Below, piece after piece: positions 50,801 through 64,000 of a stretch of DNA of 64,000 nucleotides. The DNA is taken from assembly GCF_006345805.1 (NCBI RefSeq), contig NC_042998.1, positions 180,234,001-180,298,000 of the forward strand, written 5' to 3'. This DNA comes from Octopus sinensis (lineage: Eukaryota). Within the stretch, counting starts at the first letter, position 1. Each line of letters starts with the position of its first letter. A model generated the notes under the pieces. It worked only from the letters and a program-made list of their open reading frames with translations, made no database searches and was not told where the DNA came from. Both the position numbers and the translations under genes were made by a program.

Positions 50801-53800
50801 TATGATGGACTCTCCTGTCGAAGAAGACATATGAGCGTTCAGCTCTTGCCGAACAGAGGTATTTTCGTATTCTTAAATTTCTCCATTTTAATGGAGTGTG
50901 ACATCCTGAAAAAAACAAAACACGATGTTTAATCAACTGCCTTCAGTTGAAGCAAGAAATATATCGGAACGGTGGCGATGGCGCCGGACTATTTTGGAAT
51001 CGTTACTTTGTAATCATTTTGAGAGGATACATTAAGTTAGACTAGACAAGTTTGTTTGTTTTTTTTATTAGCTCACACTCCCCATCAAATCGACGTTGTT
51101 TGCACTGTCGATTTGTGTACTGTATACTATGCGTCAGGTGTCGAAGTGATCGCAGAGCGCCATGAGATGAAGTGTTTTGCTCAAGAATGCAACAACGCAT
51201 CACCCGCTCTAGGAATTGAAACCACGATCTCGCGATAGGTGTAACACTCTAACCACTAAGCCATGCATCCTCACACACACACTCACACACACAGACACAC
51301 ACGCAATTTCAGTTACTTTTCGGGAGTTATATGTAGCTCTTTATATATTGAGTTGAGCTCCTCCCAAGGTCGACCTAGAATTTCACTCTTCTGGATATCG
51401 ATAAAATGAACAGGCAGTCAAGTACTGTTGTCTATATAATTAAGTGTTTGACTTCTCACCAATTTCCCGTTTTTATACTTATGTATAAAAATAAAAATAA
51501 CATACATCATTATCATTGCACGACAATTAAATGGAAATCAAGACTACTTCTTTCTCTGTATCTTTTTTTCATCGATCCTAAATTGAGAATGTAACAAGAA
51601 GCCACTAATTTGAAAGAGTCGATTGAATCGATACCTGTGGTTAGCGATTACTTATTTCGTCGATTACTGAGGAACAAAAGAGCTTTTTTTAAATAAGCAT
51701 TTGAACTTTAAACACTGTAACTTTTTTGTTTTGTTCGGTGCGTCACGCAGTTTAGCTTTCATTGCCTTTCTAATGATAATTACTAGTTTGATTTCAGAAG
51801 AAAACGCCTGTAGTTTATTTAACTGACACACTTAGTCGGAACGGGTGAAGCGTCCTTGACTCTGTATTGTCAGAGTCTTGGAGAATTTTGGAGTTAATGG
51901 AGAAATTTATTACAAAACTGGAAATTGGTCCAAATGTTCGAAACAGACTGAATATTGCTCTCGGCAACCAATGATCAGGTAACGCTATCACATCGGAATG
52001 TTAATAATGTGTACCACCCAACCATCAACTATTTCACAACACAAAGTGCTGGACCAAATACCACTCAAGCAACTGCTCCATAGTCCTGCAAAACTATTTC
52101 TATTTACCCAGGACGAACGGCACAGCTGACCACTAACGGGATCTGAACTGAGAAAGTAGAGAGACCGAGAAAAAAAGAGAGAAGCGCAACGCATTACCAT
52201 CTCACCACCTTAAATCCAGCAATCTAGGTCGGTAATTAAAGCAATTTCTTACTTCAACATGGGACCACAAGTAGAAACGATGTAAATATTTTAAGAGTAG
52301 TATATTAAACTGTGTAACTGAAATGAATTTCCTTCAATCGGCAACTGAAAGCAAGAATTTGCTTCTGTACTCCCATATTTAGTGACTTCTCACACCAATA
52401 AAGGCCTATACACATTAGAAGTCGAGCAAAACTGTTTTAATCTACAGATCCGCATCATATCAAATTCAGCTTTGACATACGTGGAATTTGAACACAGGAC
52501 GTAAATGTATGCAGAGTGGAATTGTACATAATCTAATTAAGAACGGCTTAAGAATTCTTAGAAATCTGCTGTCTTGTAACCAATGTTAATGCATAACTGT
52601 ATCATAATCCTCGGAGGTTCCGTTAATTGAAGGATATCTATAATTTGTTAATTGGACTTTTGCCATTTATACACGAATGCAAGCCAACTGGTTTATATTT
52701 TAAGATTATATTTGAACGTTAAATATTAAAAGAATCGACATTTGGTTAATAGCATGCCCCATCTTTTACGTTCGCAATTTCTTATCTCCACTTTCTCCTC
52801 CATACTCATTTTAACTTTCAAGTAACGATTTTCATTTAGTGTATACATATATAATGAGTAGAATTTTCTATATCGCCGCATGATGTTGATGGAAATTAGT
52901 AGTACGATAATACATATTTCATTTTAATGTCCCTAAATCTACCAAAATGTCTTATCCTGATTAGATGTTCCGGTGAACGTAGAAGTGGATGTTCGAGAGA
53001 GCTGCATATTATAAATGCAGCCATATTCACATTCAGCAATAAATAATATTGTTCAAATACATAACACGTATCCTAATTTTATTGACACTGAACAGCAAAC
53101 CATTGTATCTATCACAATAACAGTAGTTATTACCTCGTTTGATATGCAATTTCATATAAAATCATTTCTTCGAAGATGAAGAATGCACCTTCAGTGAGTG
53201 GCAACTATCTCAACCATGTGTGTGTGTGTGCGTGTGCGTAGGAGGGTGAGTGTTTGTATGCTTCCTTGTATGGGTGTATGCATTTGTTTGTGTGCAAATA
53301 TATAAATATATACATAAGTACATACATACTGTATGGAGGACAATGAACAATACTTATGATAAGCAATACATATTTATTAACATATTGGGATTTTGAACTT
53401 CACAGCTCTTTTATTCATGGTCTATATCTGCAGGGGACAATAATAAAATAGAATGTTTTGTCATTCTAACTCCTTAGCTGACATTTTGTAGGTACCTGGT
53501 TTGTAATTCTTGTCAATAATTGAAATTCTTTTGTGTTTCTTGAACAATGAGATTTTTGGTCAGTGTATGTTACCTGTCTATCCCTGATGTCTTTATGATC
53601 TCAGCAAACTCTCGTGGCACCTCATAAATTTTAATCTAGTTGAAGAGTATAGTTATGTAGTAATTCTTGTGTCGTGGTCTGCATTTCAAAACTAACCTAC
53701 TACTCCTTTTTTAAGTACTTATTTAGGCTTATCAATACTTACGAAATCCTGTGTAATTGCAATATATACTGACCAGACAGACTGTCGCATAATCTTTTCA

Positions 53801-54644
53801 TCCACGTAGCGGTAAGGTTTGGAATATTGTATAACAATTGTACATGAACCGGATTTGGCGATGATTTCATGTTAAGAAAGAAATATCCAGGTAAGAAACA
53901 GTGAAGTCTTATAAGTAATCTCATTCTAAGCAGCAACGAGCTTTGCTGGAGTATTTAAATGAAGGCTACTAATTCTGCGTAAATGAACTGCTTCGATTAA
54001 TAAGCTGACCGAATAAGATAATAATACTGTTGAAATGTCATCATCCTTCATCGAAAAATATAATTCTGATTGGTACTGATAGTTATGATGGTGGAAATAA
54101 TGGCTGGCGAAGGATGCGAAATATCCTGTTGCTTTCTGAAATAGATGATTTTAATTCAATGGGATTACGCGTGTGTATTAGAATAAGCTATTTAATCATG
54201 CATCTGAACAATCTGTGAGATAAAAGCGGAAAATTGTTGCTGGTAGGGAAAACACAATTGATATATTCACGAACTACGCATAAGGAAACTAATCAATACA
54301 ACTGATGCTATCGTAAAGCAGACCAGCATTTATCTTCGAGTTTTCTGCCTGATAAGCATAACGTTTACATGAATATATTTGCTAACCTTATAATCCAAAT
54401 AAAATAAATTTTTACTGAGCGAACCAGACCTTTGGCTTCTTGATACCTGCCATAATGAAAATACTCTATGAATGATAAATGTATACAATTGAGAATATAT
54501 TTCAAACTAATGACTAGATAATTTATTCCTTAGCTACCGTGTCGTGATATTATAATGTCAAATGATGCAGTGCATTTTCAGACCCGCTGCTTTGGACAGT
54601 GTTAAAGAAATAGGACTCATACATTAGCTGTAATTTCAGATACT

Positions 54645-55047
54645 CTTTTACTCTTTTACTTGCTTCAGCCATTTGACTGCGGCCATGCTGGAGCACCTCC
54701 TTTAGTCGAGCAAATAGACCCCAGGACTTATTCTTTGGATGCCTAGTACTTATTCTATCGGACTCTTTTACCGAACTGCTAAGTTAGGGGGACGTAAACA
54801 CACCAGCATCGGTTGTCAAGCGATGTTGGGGAGACAAACACAGACACACAATCATATACACACACACATATATATATACATATATATGACGGGCTTCTTT
54901 CAGTTACTGTCTACCAAATCTACTTACGAGGCTTTGGTCGGCCCGAGGCTATAGAAGATACTTGCCCAAGTTGCCACGCAGTGGGAATGAACCCGGAACC
55001 ATGTGGTTGGTAAGCAAGCTACTTACCACACAACCACTCCTGCGCCT
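54645..55047 (-). mobile_element. SINE family A, full length
   Basis: Same head, core and tail as 1914-2332. Confidence 0.85.
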
Positions 55048-55529
55048 TAAAGAGTCAGCAGAAGTTCTCCATTGCCTTCTGTCGGATTCTGAGACTCGAA
55101 CCCGCGATCCCTCGACCGCGAGTCCGCTGCTCTAACCACTAGGCAATGCGTCTAAAGTTTTTAGACGATAATAAACTCACGATGTATTTAGGTTCAGATC
55201 TGCTGCAGTAATTTGTGTGTGTAGGATGGTATAGTGTGTGTGTGTGTTGGGAATGGGTAGTGTTTGTGTGTGTGAATGTGTGCGTGTGTGTGGTCTTGAG
55301 CAGATCTAAGTAGTATATCTTATCTAATCTGTTTAGAATAGATAGTAGATTCGCAAATATACTTTAGCTTGTCCACATAGATAATCCCCATATCCTGAAT
55401 AGTTTATCAAAAAACATTCTTCACCCTATATGAATAACCCTCACCAGCAGTTTTAGATTTCCTGGCGCGCGCGCAGATTTGTACGTATATATATATGTAT
55501 GTATTTACAGATACTTACGCGCGCGCGCG

Positions 55530-55565
<36 letters not shown>

Positions 55566-56763
55566 AGAGATGCTTGTGCTAGGCAGTGTATATTATTTTC
55601 TTTTCTAAGCCAAACATCAAGTAAGTCTTTGAACCACTGTTTTGTTTTGCGACATGTTCGATAGCTATTGGCAGACATACCAGAGACGAATGTTTTTCCT
55701 TTACTTGCTTTGCTTCAGTCACGGGACTGCAGCCATGCTGGTGCAACGCTTTGTAGAGTTAGGCAGACGAACCAACCCCTGCAATTATTTTAAGTCATGT
55801 ACTTAGTCATTTAGTCGGCTAATTTGTTGATTCATTGAGTTGTGCTAACTTAACATCAACAAACCAACACTTATTCTCAATCCGTGGTGGGACACACAAA
55901 CACAAACACAAACACAAAATCATACACAAATACACACACACACACACACGTACAACGGACTTCCACACAGTTTCGTTCTGCCAAATTCACACAGTCGGTA
56001 TTAGTCAGCCTGGGGCTATTGTAGAAGACAGTTACTCAAGTTACCAGAAACTACGTCATCGCCAAGCGAAATTCTCAACCACATAGCCATATCTGCGACT
56101 ACGACAAATTGTTGAATGATGTTCAACATACCATCTATAATGAGTGATACTCCGAATAGCAGCAACCATACAAAACGAACGTAGAGAAAATTAGAACCAG
56201 GCAAAACATGCTGGCATATATCATAGACATTGACTCAAGCTGCAGTAATTGAATTATATCCATTTCATTCATGATAATCAATGAAGCAGAAAAATAATAC
56301 GAGTACCATTCCATTTAATCTCATGTTTTACTCAGTTTTTATTTTATTTTAATCTCACAAAGGTCAGCCTAGTCACACGTAGGTCACAGAGCGATAAACT
56401 AAAAACCAGATACTGGTCATATTTCTATTTGGATAGTAGAGCCCTAACATGGCCACACACCACTGGCTGAAATTACCAAAATAATAAAACACTGAATCTA
56501 ATTGAGTTGTATAAATATGCTACTTTTCTGAATAAAATAAAATCAATATTTATTATATTAGTTTTATTTCAATTTTCTGTTATTCAAGCTGGGATTTTGG
56601 TTAATAAAGATGGAGTTATCCCAAATTTAATAATGTTAAAGGAATGTAGAATGCATAACACTATTAAATTACAATAGATATTGTACAAGTTACAATACAA
56701 AAGCACATCAGACGTTATATGTATATATATATATATATATAATATATATATATATATGTATAA

Positions 56764-56769
<6 letters not shown>

Positions 56770-56857
<88 letters not shown>

Positions 56858-56865
56858 TGACAGGC

Positions 56866-56902
<37 letters not shown>

Positions 56903-56910
56903 CAGACAGA
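56770..56910. repeat. (GACA)n microsatellite
   Basis: Seen directly. Confidence 0.95.
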
Positions 56911-57829
56911 GATATGTAATGAACATGTTTATATACGTACATATATGATATGAGCACATTGTTCGCAAAACAGTCTCCAAAATTTTTATGTTCTAGGACG
57001 AGGATGATAGTGATGATGACAGCAGCAACAACAAAAGCAGCAAGGAGAAGTAGAAGAAGAAAAAAACAACAACAACGACAACAACTACAATAATATTTAA
57101 TGTATTAAAGGCGCGCACTGAATAAAAGGAGTAAATACAACCACTATGTTTTTGTTCGTGGTCTGCTCTATAATTCTTGCGTAATTCAACTGATTTCATT
57201 TACTCATTCGAATCTTTTACGCAAGTAGTGTTCTTTAAAAACTTAGAAAGGTCACACAGTTTCACTTCCTGTCACCAACAAATTCACCGCTTTATGTCCA
57301 ACTAATTAATATTTAATTACAATATTATCATTTAAATTCTTGGTGAAATTAATTTGTTAGTATTTAGAGTATCGGCCTGTAGGCGATTATTAATAGCTGC
57401 ATTTGTACTTCATGCGTTAGTATTTAGTATACGCTATAATTAAAACTGTAATTCTGATTACAAGATTACGTTTTAGAATTCTTAAAACTTCAGTTTGTTA
57501 AATCTTTCTTCAAAATTTGCATTCGCTGAAAGTTTGGTTGCTGTTTATAGATGTAAAGCTAAATAACTTATATAAATACAGAAAATTTCCCCGTAATACT
57601 TGGAATAATTAACAGCGATAAGAGAACTGAGATTATGAATGAAGATTTGATAAATCCGTTTATGCTGTATTATATATATATATATATATATATATCAACG
57701 TAAAGGTAAAAATGTTTGAATAGCGAAAACTTCATCGAATTAGGGTACGACTTGCGTAGTTATTTCAATTGCATTTGCAAATTATTAATGTTTTTGCAAT
57801 AGCCAGTTATTTCTTTGGAGAAAAAGAAC

Positions 57830-58192
57830 AGCTTGTCTACGTTGATGTCACTCTTGCCATCAATATTAGTGACTTCAACAGCGTGGTCTAGAATACGAGA
57901 TTTTCACGGTGGAGTAAGATGGGTAACCATCCTTCAAGATTTACTTCATTTCGCATGAATTTCCACTGCCTTGAAAAAAGAGGAAATTCATGACCGCCCG
58001 TACTTTAATTTTACCAAAATCCACTGTAGGAGCTGCCATCATGCATTAAATCTGCAAAAAAAAAAGATATATTGATGCCGTCATGATTTTTGGCTTATTT
58101 CCTCCGAAATATTTGTCCTAATTTCCTTGTAAAGGTAACAGCTCTACCCTTCGCATTACGCTTAAAGCTAGGAATTTTTCAGCACTCCCCGA
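57830..58192 (-). mobile_element. Decayed mariner-like 5' fragment
   Basis: Minus strand gggagtgctgaaaaattcctagcttt (TIR-like), then KIKVRAVMNFLFFQG...VEIHA...DGYPSYSTVK across frameshifts, resembling the mariner N-terminal HTH. Confidence 0.55.
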
Positions 58193-58887
58193 TTTCCTAT
58201 CTACGCTATAAAAAACTGGAACACACTGAACCATGATGTAGCTGAGCTGGACGGGCCATGATCATCCTTATGACTTGTAAGAAAGAACTGTTAAAAATAC
58301 AAGCCGTGAAAAACGTTTTATACAACTCAGTGGAAATTACTGGAAAGAAACACCAGATGAAATGAACTGAGAATCTAGTGCTAATATCATCTAGAAGCAG
58401 CTATTATACAATTTATCGGTACGTAACAGTAGTCTTCCAGAAAGCTACACATGATGTCACTCCTCGGCAGAATTACTTGTAAATAAAAGTTTACTGTCAT
58501 ACAAATATAGTGAACTTAGAAATCAATTATTCTTTAATTGATTTAATTTACATATGTGTGTGTGTGTGTGTGTGTGTGTATACACACATACACAAACACA
58601 TAATATATATATATATAAAGAGAGAGAGAGAGCAATAAGAAAATGAAGGGGATGAATAAGTGGTTCATGAACCACCTATTGATCCCCTCCATTTTCTTAT
58701 TGCTATATAAATTAATGGTAAAATATCTCTTTACCTTCAGCCATTTAGTATACTAGGTAATGTAATTTCAATGCAATAAAAAGCACTTGCGTATTAATAA
58801 TTGGGTATTCTACCAGTAGTATATTGAATAGATATTATCCCTCAGTTGGTTGGATTCACAACCCCTAATTTTCTTGGAATATATATA

Positions 58888-59089
58888 TGGCCTAGTGGTT
58901 AGGGCAGCGGACTTGCGGTCGGAGGATCGCGGTTTCGATTCCCAGACCGGGCGTTGTGTGTGTTTATTGAGCGAAAAAAACACCTAAAAGCTCCACGAGG
59001 CTCCGGCAGGAGGTGGTGATCCCTGCTGTACTCTAAAGGCGGTGCTCCAGCATGGCCGCAGTCAAATGACTGAAACAAGTACAAAAAAA

Positions 59090-59107
<18 letters not shown>
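58888..59107 (+). mobile_element. Chimeric SINE: family C head + family A tail + poly(A)
   Basis: C sequence to ...ccctgctgtactct, then taaaggcggtgctccagcatggccgcagtcaaatgactgaaacaagta and 25 A. Confidence 0.8.
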
Positions 59108-59120
<13 letters not shown>

Positions 59121-59214
59121 CATCAATGTTACGTAAACCTGTTTTCAATGAGGAAAAATTTGGTTTCTTGCCTCAAAAGCAGATTCTTGAGGAGTTGAAC
59201 AATGCGGGTGTTCT

Positions 59215-59600
59215 TGTATGTATGTATGTATGTATGTATGTATGTATGTATGTATGTATGTATGTATGTATGTATGTATGTATGTATGTATGTATGTATG
59301 TATGTATGTATGATGTATGTATGTATGTAGGTATGTATGTATGTATGTATGTATGTATGTATGTATGTATGATGTATGTATGTATGTATGTATGTAGGTA
59401 TGTATGTATGTATGTATGTATGTATGTATGTGTATGTATGTATGTATGTATGTATGTATGTATGTATGTATGTATGTATGTATGTATGTAGGTATGTATG
59501 TAGGTATGTATGTATGTATGTATGTATGTATGTATGTATGTATGTATGTATGTATGTATGTATGTATGTATGTATGTATGTATGTATGTAGGTATGGATG
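59215..59600. repeat. (TATG)n microsatellite
   Basis: Seen directly; the complementary (CATA)n tract is at 62020-62240. Confidence 0.95.
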
Positions 59601-60329
59601 GATGGATGAATGCGTGGGTATGTTTGTGTGTGTGCGTGTGTTTGCACGTACGTATAGAAACACCACCAATGCTTCTTCTACAGATAGGTTTAGACACACA
59701 CGGGCATGAATCGCATTGCATATGTGTTTCTCATAACACGCTGAACTCCTTCAATGTTTTACATTTTATGACAGCACTTTGACGGCTTACAGCTACAATT
59801 TTTTGAATAGACATGTTCTTTTTAGCATTGTGCAACCAAGCTTCTCAAGAGCAGTATTAAAGCCTTAGTTAATATCAAAATACTCTTATAATTATAGTAG
59901 AAATCTAAAGACATAATTCGGATAGTGTAACAACAGATTTCTCATCGATTGTACATAGACGCATTTCTTATCATTAATCTTTAGCATTATTTTAACATCT
60001 GGTGGTTTACTGACTTCATCTATGAATAAAACTCTTCCAAATCATTCCATATCTCGTGTGTTATGCATGTGTTTAAATAAAATCTTAAGAAGAACACCCC
60101 GTCAATATTCTTTCATATTATACGTAATTATTCTCTCCACAAGTAACTTCAATCTTATTTTTCCCACGAATTTTGTTTTCTAATGCCTATGTGTGTGCTT
60201 GTGTGTGTATGTATGTGTTTATGTTTGTGTGTGTGTATGCGCACGCGTATGTGTATGTATGTATGTATGTATGAATATACCTCTATGTATATCTGCCTGT
60301 CTGTATGTATGTATGTAGGTATGTATACT

Positions 60330-60711
60330 GTTTTAAGTTTATTTGACTGCAGATGTGCTGGAGCACCACCAGGACTTATTCGCTGTAAGACTAGTACTTA
60401 TTCTATCGGTCACTTTTGCCAAACCGCTAGATAACGGGGACATAAACACACTAGCATCGGTTGTCAAGCGATGGCGAGGAACAAACACAGACACACACTC
60501 ACACACACACGCACACACACACACAGATAGATGAGATAAATATTCTCCGTATAGAACACAAGTGGGGTCTTTTTGTCTGTAAACATATTTACATATTTTG
60601 AATTAAGTGTATTTAATATTTTTTATATATCGACTTGCCTAAGTTGCTTATCCTTACATTTACTCCTACATCCAACCCCACAAACACAAATGTATATATA
60701 TATATATATAT

Positions 60712-60769
<58 letters not shown>

Positions 60770-60922
60770 CACGGGTTTCATTAAGTTTCTGTCTACCAAA
60801 TCCACTCACAAGGCTTTCGTCGGCCCGAGGCTATAGTAGAAGACACTTGCCCAAGGTGCCCTGGTGGGACTGAACCCAGAACGATGTGATTGGGAAGCAA
60901 GATACTTACCCCACAAGCATGC
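60330..60922 (-). mobile_element. SINE family A, diverged, with expanded internal microsatellite/insertion
   Basis: Tail/body at 60330-60500 and head at 60770-60922. Confidence 0.7.
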
Positions 60923-61024
60923 CTGGACCTCTATTCATGCATGCATGCATGAATGTATGTATGTATGTATGTATGTATGTATGTATGTATGTATGTATGT
61001 ATGTATGTATGTTTGTGTGTGTGT

Positions 61025-61060
<36 letters not shown>

Positions 61061-61230
61061 TTACTCCTAGATTTCTTTTGCCACAGAAGAAAGAGTTGAT
61101 TGGTAACCAAATCAAAGCAACTTTAATCACGAGATTGAATGGAATGGTACTCGTATTATTTTTCTGCTTCTTTGATTATCACGAATAAAATGTTTATAAT
61201 TCAAATACTGCAACTTGAGTCACTGTCTAT

Positions 61231-61455
61231 GGTAGCTGGCAGAATCGTTAGCACACGGGCGAAATGCTTAGCGGTATTGCGTCTGTCGTTGCGTTCTGAG
61301 TTCAAATTCCGCCGAGGTCGACTTTGCCTTTCATCCTTTCGGAGTCGATAAATTAAGTACCAGTTACGCACTGGGGTCGATGTAATCGACTTAATCCGTT
61401 TGTCTGTCCTTGTTTGTCCCCTCTATGTTTAGCCCCTTGTGGGCAATAAAGAAAC
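61231..61455 (+). mobile_element. SINE family B, slightly 5'-truncated
   Basis: agctggcagaatcgttagcac...gagttcaaattccgccgagg...tctatgtttagccccttgtgggcaataaagaaa. Confidence 0.9.
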
Positions 61456-62446
61456 AGATATATATCAACATGTTTTGCCTGGTTCTAAGTTTCTCTATGT
61501 TCGTTTTGTATGGTTGCTGCTATTCGGAGTATCACTCATTATAGATAGTATGTTGAACATCATTCAACTATTTATCGTAGGCGCAGACATTGGAATTTGA
61601 AGAACCTCAACAGAGTTGTTCTGCATGTTTGTGTTTTTATGTGCAGGTTGGAATCGTGGAAGTACACTGATCTTACGAGTACAGCCTTCGTTTTGTGTTT
61701 TATGCATATAGACATACATATAGGCGCGTGTCTGGACACAGGCATATGAACTCTTATGCTAAACTTTTGGATAGATTTGCATATTTTGATAGTTCCGTTA
61801 ATGGTTTGCATCTAAGGTATACTTGCTCGCATGTATGTTGTTTTTAGGCATGTTTATATTGTTGAGCACAGTTGAAAATAAGTAAATTAGCGAAATTTGC
61901 TATGTGTCAATTTAGATCTTGAAATATATTAGGAAGATAAGGTTCTAACTAATAAAATGCTTGTTACTTTTCTTACTGTTTCTTTAAGTGTTGCACCAAT
62001 TTCTTATAAATGTATATCAAACATACACACGTACGTACATACATACATACATACATACATACATACATACATACATACATACATACATACATACATACAT
62101 ACATACATACATACATACATAATACATACATACATAATACATACATACATACATACATACATACATACATACATACATACATACATACATACATACATAC
62201 ATACATACATACATACATACGTACATACATACATACATACAGGAGTAGATAATCACAGAATATAGTAGCCGCCATGTTTATTGACGTGTCAGCAGGAAAA
62301 GAATACTTATTTTATCTCACTTCATAGAACCACTTTTATGGGTTTAGCGTGTGTGTGTGTGTGTGGTGCATATGTGTATGTGAATACACACAGACACATA
62401 CACATACATGACAATAAATGAGAGAGGAGAGAGATTGAAGGGAGAT

Positions 62447-62506
<60 letters not shown>

Positions 62507-62602
62507 AGAAATTAAAGTTGCAAGCTACCGCACCAGTGGAAATATATATGAAAGAAGGTTTGAAAATGCATTGCATTTTCATACCTTCTTTCATATTTAT
62601 AT

Positions 62603-62644
<42 letters not shown>

Positions 62645-64000
62645 AGAGAGAGAGAGAGAGAGAGAGAGTTTATACATTTGCATTGAAACACATTCATGTA
62701 CAAAACATAGATATACATCTTCTTACATCCACTTGAAGGCAGTCTTGCCTTTTTTTGTTCTTTTCTTCCTTTGTCTTTCGCATGTTGTTTTCTTCATTCA
62801 CATATTCTTTCTTTCTTTCTTTCAGACAACACAATATTAATTATAAACCAAAAGTTCTATGGAGATGACGCCACTTGAGTAATGCCTACACCGTTTCTCT
62901 CTCTCTCTCTCTCTGCCCTCTTCTTTCTTAGTTTGTCTACCCCCAAAACATTCACGAAAAAAACGGAAGAAGGATAAAAAGAGAGAAAAGCGAAAGGAAA
63001 AATATCCCCGATAAAACATATTTTCCCACTTCATTCCTGAGCTTCATCTCGGATTTTATTAATGTTTTCTTGTTGTCTTGTACCCTGCTTATTTTCTCGA
63101 GGCGCTATATAGGTCATTGTAGAATGTTTAATGCATACTAAGATTGTTCTAATTTTAGACATCAGACATTGTATGGAACTCTTACAAATAGCAAGGGCCA
63201 CAAAGTGCCCTGCTTGCATCTTGTTCATCTGTAAGAACCTCAGCGCTTTTCAGAGTGACAAGATCCCCAATTGATCTTAACATATTCAGAAGGAGAAAAA
63301 AAAAATAAATATGACAAAAATTCTTCCGACATCAATTGATTGTATAATCTAATTCGAAATACAGCCTCTTTTCGACAAAATAAAGAAGAAAACACTCAAC
63401 ACGTACTATTTTTATTATGTTGAATCACGAGGAAAACGAAATGCTGCTTTTCTTCAAAGGACTTAGAAAGCTGAAGAGTGAGCTAATATTGTTTATTCTG
63501 CCTCGAACTGTTGCAAGTCTTAATCTACAAAAGAAGAGTAAAATCATTTATTGCATTCACCTGAATAAATCTTATTTAGTATTCTTGACTTGCCAGGAAG
63601 CTCACCTGCTATGAATTTTCAAGGGAATTTCTGGTGAATTGTAAAACACAAAACGAAGGTAGTGCCAATAAGCACACAAATCGACTTTGTACTTAGACTG
63701 AGGGAATGGTAGGATCACAATTGAAGAACGGATACTGCGTAGAGCGTATTGAAAGCCTGCCAAAATGAAAATCAGCATTTATTAAAACGTACATGAATTA
63801 TATGTATGTGTCTTACGAATTAAGAGAAAAATAATAAATAAATAACTATATGTAAGTTATGCTTTATATTTAAATACATTATCAATTTTTACCAACGCAT
63901 GTATATTTATACTTATGTGCGTGTATGTGTCTGTCAGTCAGTCTATCTGTTTGTCAGTTTGTCTCTATTTATGTATATCTGTATGTATGTATGTATGTAT

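Noticed and set aside
63150-63290. Minus-strand exon candidate (LRSIGDLVTLKSAEVLTDEQDASRALCGPCY, GTAAGA donor)
   Set aside because: Alternative acceptors are possible, there is no recognisable homology, and it cannot be linked to other exons.

Overview
AT-rich, microsatellite-saturated eukaryotic genomic DNA that is intronic or intergenic. The repeat landscape (several tRNA-derived SINE families, CR1, Dong/R4, mariner, very long (TA)n/(TATG)n/(GATA)n tracts) resembles a coleoid cephalopod (octopus) genome; this is an inference from repeat content only. No host gene could be confidently identified, and nearly all listed ORFs are microsatellite artefacts. The centrepiece is a full-length 5.3-kb Tx1-clade (L1 superfamily) LINE at 14065-19407. 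It has ORF1 (CCHC knuckle) and ORF2 (APE endonuclease, RT, C-terminal CCHC), broken only by single-base indels that lie mostly in homopolymers. It sits inside the tRNA-like head of a SINE family (here called family B) with a 17-bp target-site duplication, and its last ~40 nt match the 3' tail of that same SINE family. The window therefore appears to show a LINE that both mobilises and targets its own partner SINE. Other observations include chimeric SINEs with swapped heads and tails, (TA)n-embedded fold-back elements with hammerhead-like motifs (possibly Penelope-derived), a Dong/R4 fragment in (TAA)n, a structured 500-bp unknown element, a near-identical 205-bp inverted repeat pair, an 890-bp tandem duplication and a 100-N gap. 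SINE family letters A-F are my own working labels.
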